Shown here piece after piece: positions 56,077 to 64,000 of a stretch of DNA of 64,000 bases. Source of the DNA: Candidatus Buchananbacteria bacterium RIFCSPHIGHO2_02_FULL_39_17 (GTDB taxonomy: Bacteria > Patescibacteriota > Patescibacteriia > Buchananbacterales > UBA6539); the NCBI GenBank assembly GCA_001817425.1, contig MHII01000012.1, positions 77 through 64,076 on the forward strand, given 5' to 3'. Numbering within the stretch: position 1 is the first letter of the stretch; the number at the start of each line of letters is the position of its first letter. The translations under genes were made by a program, and so were the position numbers. The notes beneath the pieces are model-generated. The model ran no database searches, was not told the origin of the DNA, and saw nothing but the letters and a program-made list of their open reading frames with translations.

Positions 56077-56176
56077 AATTCGAATTTTGATTCAATATCT
56101 TAATATTTTAATTTTTAAAAATTCAGATATTCAAAATTGATTCAAAATTCAAAATTAAAAATTCAGATTTTTACGT

Positions 56177-57145
56177 ATGCTATTCAAACTCAAAGAAAAA
56201 TTACCAGAGATCAAAGAAAATGAGCCATTAGTGCCGCATACGACTTATAAAATTGGCGGGCCAGCCAAGTATTTCTTTGAAGCAAAAAATAATTCAGATT
56301 TAATCAAAGCTTTACGGGCCGCTGATCAATTTAAATTAAAATATTTTGTTTTAGGCGGCGGCAGTAATATTTTATTTTCTGACAATGGTTTTGACGGGTT
56401 AGTGATTAAACAAAGTAACGATGATTTTGAAATTAAAGGCAATAAAATTTTTGCCGAATCCGGAGCTGATGTCCAAAAAGTGCTGATGGCCACCTTAGAC
56501 GCTGGTTTAATTGGCTGGAGCTGGGCTGGCGGTTTGCCTGGCACCATTGGCGGGGCGATTCGGGGCAATGCTGGCGCTTATGGCAAAGGTATGTCGGATA
56601 TTACTGAATCAACGGAACTTTATTATCAGGGAAAAGTCCAATTTTTTTCCCGTGAGCAAATGAAATTTTCTTACCGTCACAGCATTGCCAAAATTATTCC
56701 CTGTGTGCTCATTGCCGCAGTTTTGAAATTAGAAAAAGGTGATGTGATAAAAGATCGAGCGCAGGTTAAAGATTATATTGATTATCGAATTAGAACTCAG
56801 CCGCTTGATTGCCCTAATGTCGGCTGTATTTTTAAAAATATTGATTTAACTAAAATTCAAGTTGATAAAGAAAGAATTAAAAAAAAGTTAGATATCACAG
56901 AAGTTGAATGGCAAAAGGCGACTAAGTATAATAAACTGCCGGTTAGTTTTATTTTTGAAAAAATGAATTTAAAAGGCAAAACTATGGGCGGAGCGCAGGT
57001 TTCAGAAAAGCATGGGGCTTTTATCATTAATATCGGCAAAGCCAAAGCCGAACACGTAGTGATGTTAATGTCAGACTTAAAAATGCGAGTTAGAAATGAA
57101 TTGGGTATTGCTTTAGAAGAAGAAATTGAATTAGTCGGTTTTTAG
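56177..57145 (+). CDS. murB: UDP-N-acetylenolpyruvoylglucosamine reductase
   Basis: FAD-binding N-domain HTTYKIGGPAKYF, GGGSNILF and C-terminal MurB motifs. Confidence 0.85.
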   Translation: MLFKLKEKLPEIKENEPLVPHTTYKIGGPAKYFFEAKNNSDLIKALRAADQFKLKYFVLGGGSNILFSDNGFDGLVIKQSNDDFEIKGNKIFAESGADVQKVLMATLDAGLIGWSWAGGLPGTIGGAIRGNAGAYGKGMSDITESTELYYQGKVQFFSREQMKFSYRHSIAKIIPCVLIAAVLKLEKGDVIKDRAQVKDYIDYRIRTQPLDCPNVGCIFKNIDLTKIQVDKERIKKKLDITEVEWQKATKYNKLPVSFIFEKMNLKGKTMGGAQVSEKHGAFIINIGKAKAEHVVMLMSDLKMRVRNELGIALEEEIELVGF

Positions 57146-57359
57146 TAGTATGCGAACCCGCCCAAGTTTTTTGTACAGCAAAAAATTTAGGCGGGTGAAT
57201 GCGCACATACGAATAATTTTATTGTATACGAATGGCGACACGCGAATAATTCGTAGGATTGGTAGATTCGCATATATTCGTAGATTCGTATTATATATAA
57301 TTAGATAAAAAAAGGTAACTCCTGATGAGTGAGTTACCATTAATTTTCCGGCGGCCGCG

Positions 57360-58097
57360 TTAAGGCCTTTTACTTTTGGCGAGTGCTTTTTCAATCAATT
57401 CTACTAATTCAGCTTCAAATTGATGAATTTGGCAGACCCCAGCATAACCAGAAGCTATTAGATCAGTGTGGAAATTAACATCAGGATTATAGGTTAAGAC
57501 AAGAAAAGGAGCAGCCACCCTTTCATTATCCAATCTTTCTAAAAGTTGGTACAAATTGATATACTGGCTGTCATGAACAACCAGAATATCAGGTTTGACT
57601 TCCTTAGTCATTAGATCAATGCGATTATTTTCCACGACAATCGTTACCTGAAAACCAAAACTCTCTAGAAAACTGGGTAAGGTGTAACGCATCCAGCCAT
57701 CAGTGTTCACCAAGAGCACAGAGATTTTTTTCCGTCCCAAAATTTTTTTGACGGCCGGCAAAAACATCTGGTCGTAGGGAATTGGTTTGGCAATAACCTC
57801 AACAAACCCCAGTTGCCGAAATTTTTCGCGTTCGGCTTCATCGCCCAGTCCCGTCACTAAAATTACGGGAGTAGTTATTCCTTCCTTGCGCAGTCTTGCC
57901 AAAAGATCAGTGCCGCACATCTTAGGCATTTTTTGGTCTGTGATCACCAAAGCAAAAGGTTGAGTCTCTGCCTTTAATATTTTAAAGGTTTCTTGGCCAT
58001 CAGGGGCGGTGACGACCTCATATCCTGCCTGCTTTAATTGATTTTCTGTTAATTCTCTTAAAGCTGCATTATCGTCAACTAAAAGAATTCTGTCCAT
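57360..58097 (-). CDS. Response regulator with receiver domain plus a second degenerate receiver-like domain, no output domain
   Basis: N-terminal REC with LLVDDN, a D in ITDQKMP and a conserved K (AKP). The second half has REC-like topology but lacks the canonical acidic pocket. Confidence 0.65.
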   Translation of the reverse strand: MDRILLVDDNAALRELTENQLKQAGYEVVTAPDGQETFKILKAETQPFALVITDQKMPKMCGTDLLARLRKEGITTPVILVTGLGDEAEREKFRQLGFVEVIAKPIPYDQMFLPAVKKILGRKKISVLLVNTDGWMRYTLPSFLESFGFQVTIVVENNRIDLMTKEVKPDILVVHDSQYINLYQLLERLDNERVAAPFLVLTYNPDVNFHTDLIASGYAGVCQIHQFEAELVELIEKALAKSKRP

Positions 58098-58221
58098 AGT
58101 TTTTCCTCCTAAGTCAAAGGACGAATTATTTTCTTAACTTAATAATATAGCTTAATAATCAACTCTTGTCAATATATTAAAAATTTTGTAAAATATTACC
58201 ACTATTTTGACTATTTAATTT

Positions 58222-60951
58222 ATGAAGTTATTTAATCTTATCCTCGGTAACCTTAATGAAAAATTAATCAAAGATTTAAAACAGCAAGTTTTGGTGATTA
58301 ATCATTTAGAAGAAAAAATTTCCGTTTTGACTGACGAACAATTAAAAGAAAAAACAACGTTTTTTAAGGAAGAATTAACCAAAGGAAAAACTTCAGATGA
58401 TATTTTGTCCGAGGCTTTCGCTTGCGTCCGGGAAGCTGCCAAGCGCACCATTGGTCAGCGCCATTATGATGTCCAGTTCTTGACGGGCATTGTTTTAAAC
58501 CAGGGCCAAATTGCCGAGCAAAAAACCGGCGAAGGAAAAACTCTTTCCGCCACTTTGCCGCTTTATTTAAACGCTTTGATTGGCAAAGGCTGCCATCTAG
58601 TGACGGTCAATGATTATCTCTCGCGGCGTGACTGCGGCTGGATGGGACCGGTTTATCATTTTTTAGGCTTAAGTTGTGGCGTCATTATCCATGAAACCGC
58701 TTTTTTATACGATCCAAGTTATAGTGACGAAAATGCCACGGACGAGAGGTTAATCCATTTACGGCCGGTTTCTAGAAAAGAGGCTTATCTGGCGGATATC
58801 ACTTATGGCACGAATAATGAATTTGGTTTTGATTATTTGCGCGATAATATGGTTTCAAGCTTAGACCAAATGGTTCAGCGCGATCTGCATTACGCTATTG
58901 TTGATGAGGTTGACAGTATTTTGATTGATGAGGCGAGAACGCCTTTAATCATTTCGGCACCGGATATGGATTCCACTGATAAATATTATCAGTTTGCCAA
59001 ATTAGTGACGCAATTAAAAGAAAATGAAGATTATAATATTGATGAAAAAATGCAGGCCGCGACTTTGACCGAAAACGGCATTACCAAAATGGAGAAATGG
59101 TTAGGGGTGGAAAATATTTATACGGAAGGCGGCATTAGCGAAGTTCATCATCTTGAGCAGGCTTTACGCGCCCAGACTTTATTTAAGCGCGATCGTGATT
59201 ATGTGGTGAAAGACGGTGAAGTGATTATTGTTGACGAATTTACGGGGCGGATGATGTTTGGCCGGCGCTACAGCGAAGGTCTGCATCAGGCAATTGAAGC
59301 CAAAGAGGGCGTCCAGATTCAGCGTGAAAGCCGGACTTTGGCGACGATTACTTTTCAAAATTATTTTCGTTTGTATCACAAATTAGCCGGTATGACCGGT
59401 ACGGCCGCCACCGAGTCCGAAGAATTTTCCAAAATTTATAATTTAGACGTTACCGTTATCCCCACCCATCAGCCAATGGTCAGGCAGGATTTGGCGGACC
59501 GGATTTATAAAAATCAAGAAGCAAAGTTTCAGGCGGTTGTCCAAGAAGTGAAAGAGCGTCACCAAAAAGGCCAGCCAGTTTTAGTTGGCACAATTTCTAT
59601 TGAAAAAAATGAATTGATCGCGGCTATGCTTAAGCGTGAAGGCGTGGAACTCCAAGTTTTAAACGCGAAATTTCACGAAAAAGAGGCGCAAATTATTGCT
59701 CAAGCCGGCCAGTTTGGCGCGGTGACGGTGGCCACGAATATGGCCGGACGCGGGGTGGACATTAAATTGGGCGGTGACCCATTTGACGAAAAAGAAGAAA
59801 AAAAAGTTAAAGAGGCTGGCGGTCTTTTGATTTTAGGCACCGAGCGTCATGAATCGCGCCGGATTGACAATCAATTGCGCGGTCGAGCCGGACGGCAAGG
59901 GGACCCTGGGGCGTCGCAATTTTATGTTTCTTTAGATGATGATTTAATGCGGATTTTTGGTGGTAGCCGGATTAAAGGAGTGATGGAACGTTTAGGCGTG
60001 CCGGATGAGATGCCGATTGAAAATAAAATGGTTTCGCATTCACTTGAGTCAGCCCAAAAAAAAGTGGAAGGTTTTCATTTTGATACCCGTAAGCATTTAG
60101 TGGAGTATGATGACGTTTTAAACAAACACCGGGAAACGATTTATAAAAAACGACGGGATATTTTAACCGGCGAAAATCTTAAAGAACAAATTTTAAAACT
60201 AATCAGAGAAGAGATTTCCGAAGTGGTTAATTTCCACACTCAAGCTGGCGACGAGACGACTTGGAATATGGAGGAGATTTACGAAGTGACCAATACGATT
60301 TTTCCGGTTACTTCCGGCGTGCGGCTGAAATTAAATGAAATTCAAGAAGAGGCGGGAAATTTATTGGCCGATCAAAGCAGCCGCGGCCGATTGATTAATT
60401 ATTTATATAAATTAGCCGTTGTCAGTTATAATTATTTAGAAGAACAAATTAGTCAGGTCTTAGGCCAAAAAGAAGCGATGAGAAATGTAGAAAAGGGGAT
60501 GATGATTCGCAGTATTGATATGTTGTGGATTGAACATTTGGAAGCCCTAGATCATCTGCGCGCCGGTATTGGTTTGCGCGGTTATGGCCAAAGGGATCCT
60601 TTAATTGAATACAAAAAAGAAGCCTTTGGGCTTTTTAAGGAATTATTAGTGATGATTAGAAAACAGGTGGTTTATAGTATTTATAAAGTCGGCGTGGCGA
60701 CTAAAGTCGCGCCGTCAATGATGGAGCAGATTCCGGGCTTAACTTTTTCCGCGCCGGCGAAAACCATGGAAAAAGATTCTTCACCAATTTTATCGGCGGC
60801 TAATGGCAAAACGCCGCAACAACGCGAAGTTGAGTCGCGCCAAGCCGGGCTGATTAATGACCAGTCCCATTACCACGGCCAAAAAGTCGGCCGCAATGAC
60901 CCCTGCCCGTGCGGTTCGGGACGTAAATTTAAGAAATGCCATGGAAAATAA
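58222..60951 (+). CDS. secA: Preprotein translocase ATPase SecA
   Basis: DEAD motor with GEGKTL Walker A and VDEVDSILIDEARTPLIIS, and a C-terminal zinc finger CPCGSGRKFKKCHG. Confidence 0.95.
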   Translation: MKLFNLILGNLNEKLIKDLKQQVLVINHLEEKISVLTDEQLKEKTTFFKEELTKGKTSDDILSEAFACVREAAKRTIGQRHYDVQFLTGIVLNQGQIAEQKTGEGKTLSATLPLYLNALIGKGCHLVTVNDYLSRRDCGWMGPVYHFLGLSCGVIIHETAFLYDPSYSDENATDERLIHLRPVSRKEAYLADITYGTNNEFGFDYLRDNMVSSLDQMVQRDLHYAIVDEVDSILIDEARTPLIISAPDMDSTDKYYQFAKLVTQLKENEDYNIDEKMQAATLTENGITKMEKWLGVENIYTEGGISEVHHLEQALRAQTLFKRDRDYVVKDGEVIIVDEFTGRMMFGRRYSEGLHQAIEAKEGVQIQRESRTLATITFQNYFRLYHKLAGMTGTAATESEEFSKIYNLDVTVIPTHQPMVRQDLADRIYKNQEAKFQAVVQEVKERHQKGQPVLVGTISIEKNELIAAMLKREGVELQVLNAKFHEKEAQIIAQAGQFGAVTVATNMAGRGVDIKLGGDPFDEKEEKKVKEAGGLLILGTERHESRRIDNQLRGRAGRQGDPGASQFYVSLDDDLMRIFGGSRIKGVMERLGVPDEMPIENKMVSHSLESAQKKVEGFHFDTRKHLVEYDDVLNKHRETIYKKRRDILTGENLKEQILKLIREEISEVVNFHTQAGDETTWNMEEIYEVTNTIFPVTSGVRLKLNEIQEEAGNLLADQSSRGRLINYLYKLAVVSYNYLEEQISQVLGQKEAMRNVEKGMMIRSIDMLWIEHLEALDHLRAGIGLRGYGQRDPLIEYKKEAFGLFKELLVMIRKQVVYSIYKVGVATKVAPSMMEQIPGLTFSAPAKTMEKDSSPILSAANGKTPQQREVESRQAGLINDQSHYHGQKVGRNDPCPCGSGRKFKKCHGK

Positions 60952-61249
60952 TATGGAAAATTTAGAAGAGAGAATCCAAAAAATTGAAGAGCGCAATCTG
61001 CGGGTGGAAGCCGATAAAACTTGGGAACAGAGCTGGACACGACGCGCTTTATTAGCGATTTTTAGCTATGTTGCCGTTGGGGCATATCTTCAGGCGATTC
61101 AAATCCCGCGGCCGTGGATTAACGCCATTGTGCCAGCCGCGGCGTTTATGATTCAGACCTTAACCTTGCCGTTTTTCAAAAAACTTTGGCTAAAATTTTT
61201 TTCTAAAAATGATTTTTTAAATCCCCCTCTTAAAGGTAAGAGGGGTTAG
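60941..61249 (+). CDS. Small hypothetical membrane protein
   Basis: ~100 aa with 2 TM helices. Overlaps the secA stop. Its last codons run into the left hairpin of the DUF559 element. Confidence 0.3.
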   Translation: MENNMENLEERIQKIEERNLRVEADKTWEQSWTRRALLAIFSYVAVGAYLQAIQIPRPWINAIVPAAAFMIQTLTLPFFKKLWLKFFSKNDFLNPPLKGKRG

Positions 61250-61656
61250 GGGAGTTATGAAGTATAATTATCATTATAATAACCATAAATTAAAAACTTT
61301 AAGACGAAACTTACGACAGAACCAAACTGATGCCAAAAAATTAATTTGGTCAAAACTTAGGAATAAACAATTAAATGATTTGAAATTTTATAGACAATAC
61401 AGTATTGGCTCGTATATTTTAGATTTTTATTGTCCTAAAAAGAGATTAGCGATAGAGATTGACGGCGGACAGCATAACGAAACAATTAATCTAAAAAAAG
61501 ATAATGTGCGATCAGAATATTTAAAACATCAGGACGTTAAGGTTATAAGATTTTAGAATAATGATATTATAAATAATTTAGAAGGAGTATTTGAAAAAAT
61601 TAAAGAAGCAGTATCGTTAATAACCCCCTCCATCTCCCCCTTATATTAAGGGGGAG
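61224..61656 (+). mobile_element. Mini mobile element with hairpin termini carrying a DUF559 (Vsr-like endonuclease-fold) gene
   Basis: The left end cccctcttaaaggtaagaggggttaggggagttATG and right end taaccccctccatctcccccttatattaagggggag are palindromic. The same two ends occur back to back at 11867-11961 without the ORF. Confidence 0.6.
61257..61649 (+). pseudogene. DUF559 endonuclease-domain gene interrupted by an in-frame TAG at the conserved RFW motif
   Basis: YRQYSIGSYILDFYCPKKRLAIEIDGGQHNE...DVKVIRF*NNDIINNLEGVFEKIKEAVSL. DUF559 proteins normally read RFWN followed by a tail, so TAG replaces the Trp codon. Confidence 0.55.
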
Positions 61657-61699
61657 AATAATAATAGGCGGCAAAATATTTTAATTTTGAAATTTAATA

Positions 61700-62452
61700 T
61701 TGAACAAATCTAAATTTATGGAAAATATCATTAAAGTCAAAAATGTGGAAATCGGCAAAGGTTTTGTCGTCATGGCCGGGCCCTGCGCCATTGAATCTTT
61801 GGCACAATTGGAAAAAACCGCGGAACTAATTAAAAAAAATACCCAGATCTTGCGCGGCGGGGCTTATAAGCCGCGGACTAAACCAAGTAGTTTTCAGGGA
61901 CTTAAAGAAGAAGGCTTGAAATTATTAAAGCAAGTCGGCGATAGATTGAATCTGCCGACCATAACAGAAATTTTAGATCCGCGGGAAGTAGCGTTAGTTG
62001 CAAGTTTTGTTGATATATTTCAAGTGGGCACCCGCAATATGGCAAATTACGCGTTATTAAAAGAAATCGGCAAAAGCGGCAAGCCCGTAATGTTAAAACG
62101 GGGAATGTCGGCAACAATTAACGAATGGCTTTCCGCCGCGGAATACATTTTTGCCGAAGGCAATCAACAAGTGATTTTGTGCGAGCGGGGGATAAGAACT
62201 TTTATGACCGAAACCCGTTTTACTTTGGATTTGGCCGGGGCGATGCTCGCGAAACAAAAATCCGGTTTGCCGGTTATTATTGATCCATCGCATGCCACCG
62301 GTATTCCAGCTTTAATTCCACCCATGGTCAAGGCGGCCAAAGCCGCGGGTTTTGATGGGATTATGGTGGAAGTTCATTATAATCCGAGTCAGGCCAAATG
62401 CGACGCCGAGCAAGCTCTGACACCCGACCAATTTAATGAAATGTTTCAATAA
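61700..62452 (+). CDS. 3-deoxy-7-phosphoheptulonate (DAHP) synthase, class I-beta core
   Basis: MAGPCAIES, LRGGAYKPRTKPSSFQGL, KRGMSAT, ILCERGIRTF and DPSH match Thermotoga/Bacillus-type DAHPS more closely than KDO8PS. The likely start is ATG 61718. Confidence 0.75.
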   Translation: MNKSKFMENIIKVKNVEIGKGFVVMAGPCAIESLAQLEKTAELIKKNTQILRGGAYKPRTKPSSFQGLKEEGLKLLKQVGDRLNLPTITEILDPREVALVASFVDIFQVGTRNMANYALLKEIGKSGKPVMLKRGMSATINEWLSAAEYIFAEGNQQVILCERGIRTFMTETRFTLDLAGAMLAKQKSGLPVIIDPSHATGIPALIPPMVKAAKAAGFDGIMVEVHYNPSQAKCDAEQALTPDQFNEMFQ

Positions 62453-62958
62453 TTTTTTTTAGCCATTGACATTTAATTAATGTTTTGATATATTTATTTT
62501 ACAGTTTTAGAATAAATGAGATGGGATTGGAAAAACTTGGATTTCCGGCAATGCAAACATTAGTCATTACTTTATTTTATTCAATTTTTCTTCTAGTTTG
62601 GATTTTGCTTTTAATTTATAGTATTGGACAATTTTGGAGATAAAAAAGGAGAAAATGACAATGAAGAATGCTATTCTCTCATTTGTCCCTTATGCACCTT
62701 GGATCAGAGAATTCACATCAAAAATGTCCAGAAGACAAAGTTTGTTTTTTGGGTAATGCATATTTTGATGTCATTCTCATGGGTACTAATCGCTATTGCG
62801 GTTATATCCGCCGTAGTTTACGGCATTTGACCAAGATAATCTGCTCTTGTTCAATAAGTTAGGGCAGATTTACCACATCAAAAGATTTGGTGCGGCTTTT
62901 TTATTTTATAAAAAAATGATAGGATATATTAGCAATTTAATTTCCTAACTTCTAAATC

Positions 62959-63948
62959 ATGCCTGAATTACCGGAAGTGGAAACTCTACGCCGCGAATTA
63001 AATTCAGCGATTAAAGGTAAAACCATTAAATCAGCAGAAATCAAATGGCCGAAAATGGTTAAGCCATTAACGCCGCTTGAGTTTGCCAAAAAAATAAAAG
63101 GCAAAAAAATCACGGCTATTAATCGCCGCGCCAAGGTTTTGATTTTATTTTTATCTGATGGTAATTTTTTACTCATCCATTTGAAACTCACAGGCCAACT
63201 CATTTATCAACCTAAAAAGCTACAAGCTATCCCGACGTTGCCGATGCGAAGATCGGCATTCCGACTTTACGTCGGAACAAGTCGGGATCCCGACCGAAGC
63301 GTCGGGACAAGCTATAAGCTAATCATCGGTGGTCACCCGCTTCCGCTTCGCTTCAGCGAGGCGAGTCCGCAAAAAGGCGGCACCGAAAATCTGCCCAATA
63401 AATTTACTCATATTATTATTACTTTTAACGATAGTTCAAAATTATTTTTTAATGATTTGCGAAAATTTGGCTGGATGCGGATAGTTAATAAGTTAGAAGT
63501 TGATAAGTTGTTAAGTGAGTACGGGGTTGAGCCTTTGACAAAAGAATTTAATTTGAAAAAATTTAAAGAAATATTAAAGAGATATCCGAACCGGAAAATT
63601 AAGCAGATTTTAATGGACCAAAGTTTAATCGCCGGGATTGGCAATATTTATTGCGACGAAAGTTGTTTTGGCGCGAAAATCTTGCCCACCAGAATCATTC
63701 AAACTTTAAAGGAAGAAGAAATTAAATTACTTTATCGCTGTATCCCAAAACTTTTAAAATTTGCCATTTCAAAAAAAGGTACATCAGCCAATACTTATAT
63801 CCAGCTTGACGGTAAGCCAGGCGGTATGGAGCCATATTTAAAAGTTTACGCTCGAAAAGGGGAGAAGTGCAAAAGGTGCGCCGGTGAAATTAAGAGAATT
63901 AAATTAAACGGCCGCGGCACTCATTTTTGTCCAAATTGCCAAAAATAA
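62959..63948 (+). CDS. mutM: Formamidopyrimidine-DNA glycosylase (Fpg/MutM)
   Basis: N-terminal MPELPEVE with the catalytic Pro2 and Glu3, an H2TH region, and a C-terminal zinc finger CKRC...CPNC. Carries ~170 bp of in-frame GC-rich palindromic insertions at 63216-63385. Confidence 0.85.
   Translation: MPELPEVETLRRELNSAIKGKTIKSAEIKWPKMVKPLTPLEFAKKIKGKKITAINRRAKVLILFLSDGNFLLIHLKLTGQLIYQPKKLQAIPTLPMRRSAFRLYVGTSRDPDRSVGTSYKLIIGGHPLPLRFSEASPQKGGTENLPNKFTHIIITFNDSSKLFFNDLRKFGWMRIVNKLEVDKLLSEYGVEPLTKEFNLKKFKEILKRYPNRKIKQILMDQSLIAGIGNIYCDESCFGAKILPTRIIQTLKEEEIKLLYRCIPKLLKFAISKKGTSANTYIQLDGKPGGMEPYLKVYARKGEKCKRCAGEIKRIKLNGRGTHFCPNCQK
63216..63320. mobile_element. GC-rich hairpin element, family 1, expanded copy, inserted in frame in fpg
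   Basis: aaaagctacaagctatcccgacg...gtcgggatcccgaccgaagcgtcgggacaagctataagct. Its 3' 40 bp are nearly identical to the murD copy and its edges carry ctacaagct. Confidence 0.7.
63349..63385. repeat. Family-2-like double hairpin inside the fpg coding sequence
   Basis: cgcttcagcgaggcgagtccgcaaaaaggcgg follows the ggcgag-tccgcNNNNNggcgg layout of 38486-38516 and 5527-5560. Confidence 0.5.
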
Positions 63949-64000
63949 AAAGGCTTAATATTTTAAGCCTTTGGATAAAGAACGTTATAGGTTTTGATTA

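Noticed and set aside
57131-57394. 87-aa ORF spanning the murB/response-regulator gap on the minus strand.
   Set aside because: It covers a repeat-rich and hairpin-rich non-coding spacer and overlaps the response-regulator stop. It has no motif support.
62453-62958. 506-bp region upstream of fpg with two small ORFs (62624-62830, 62668-62862), one with a CxxC pair and a hydrophobic tail. Considered as a small membrane peptide, or as a leader or riboswitch.
   Set aside because: There is no conserved motif I can recognise, and the two ORFs overlap in different frames. I could not identify a known riboswitch signature. Left unannotated rather than guessed.
1-64000. CRISPR arrays, tRNA, rRNA, tmRNA, SRP and RNase P RNA genes.
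   Set aside because: No regularly spaced repeat-spacer arrays were seen. The tandem repeats present are short (7-8 bp) microsatellite-like tracts or inverted repeats. No cloverleaf-compatible sequence with a T-loop consensus, and no conserved rRNA, tmRNA, SRP or RNase P motifs, were found on visual scan. A dedicated scan (tRNAscan or Infernal) would be needed to be certain.
1-64000. Alternative genetic code (UGA reassignment, as in some CPR lineages).
   Set aside because: TGA terminates clearly complete genes (e.g. the UXS-like gene at 6597-6599), and long ORFs are recovered with all three standard stops. This is consistent with the standard bacterial code.

Overview
This is a low-GC stretch of about 64 kb (GC not computed, by eye roughly a third) read with the standard bacterial genetic code; TGA and TAG act as stops. 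It is gene-dense with small intergenic spacers. The gene content suggests a reduced-genome Patescibacteria/CPR-like organism, but that is inference only.

Content in order:
1. Cell-envelope glycosylation island (90-25357): an O-antigen-ligase-like/TPR membrane protein, a subtilisin with FG-GAP repeats, GtrA, a UXS-like epimerase, two GT2 and two GT4 glycosyltransferases, three large GT-C-like polytopic membrane proteins, and dTDP-rhamnose genes (rmlC-like, rmlB, rmlD, rmlA).
2. A small accessory patch (8897-10561): CutA, pterin dehydratase, a hicB-hicA pair in which hicA is frameshifted, and a cupin.
3. murA, ctpA, a split and permuted PEP-synthase-like phosphotransferase with a PTA-family gene inserted between its halves, acylphosphatase, rplI, pyrG and rpmA.
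4. A minus-strand type IV pilus operon: pilB, pilC, four tandem prepilin genes, pilM, pilN, pilO.
5. A rearranged dcw cluster, mraY-[MmeI-like type IIL RM enzyme + NYN nuclease]-murD-ftsW-murG-[patatin]-murC-murB.
6. A receiver-only response regulator, secA, a DUF559 endonuclease pseudogene, DAHP synthase and mutM.

The most unusual aspect is the repeat biology, which the gene annotations do not explain:
(i) A DUF559-encoding mini mobile element with hairpin termini (61224-61656) has a 95-bp ORF-less, MITE-like derivative (11867-11961).
(ii) Two families of tiny GC-rich double-hairpin elements are present. They are inserted in frame into murD and twice into the fpg linker, RPE-like. One intergenic copy (5527-5560) is flanked by an 11-bp direct repeat that looks like a target-site duplication, and the stems covary between copies.
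(iii) Three tandem prepilin genes each carry an inverted copy of their own cleavage-site codons about 90 bp upstream, as gene-specific long-range inverted repeats.
(iv) rmlA is enclosed by 103-bp, near-perfect inverted repeats.
(v) Heptamer tandem repeats sit in frame in two glycosyltransferases and in murD.
(vi) Palindromic AT-rich elements flank the patatin gene inside the dcw cluster.
(vii) GC-rich hairpin families share conserved flanks and have compensatory stem changes.

No tRNA, rRNA or CRISPR array was recognised.
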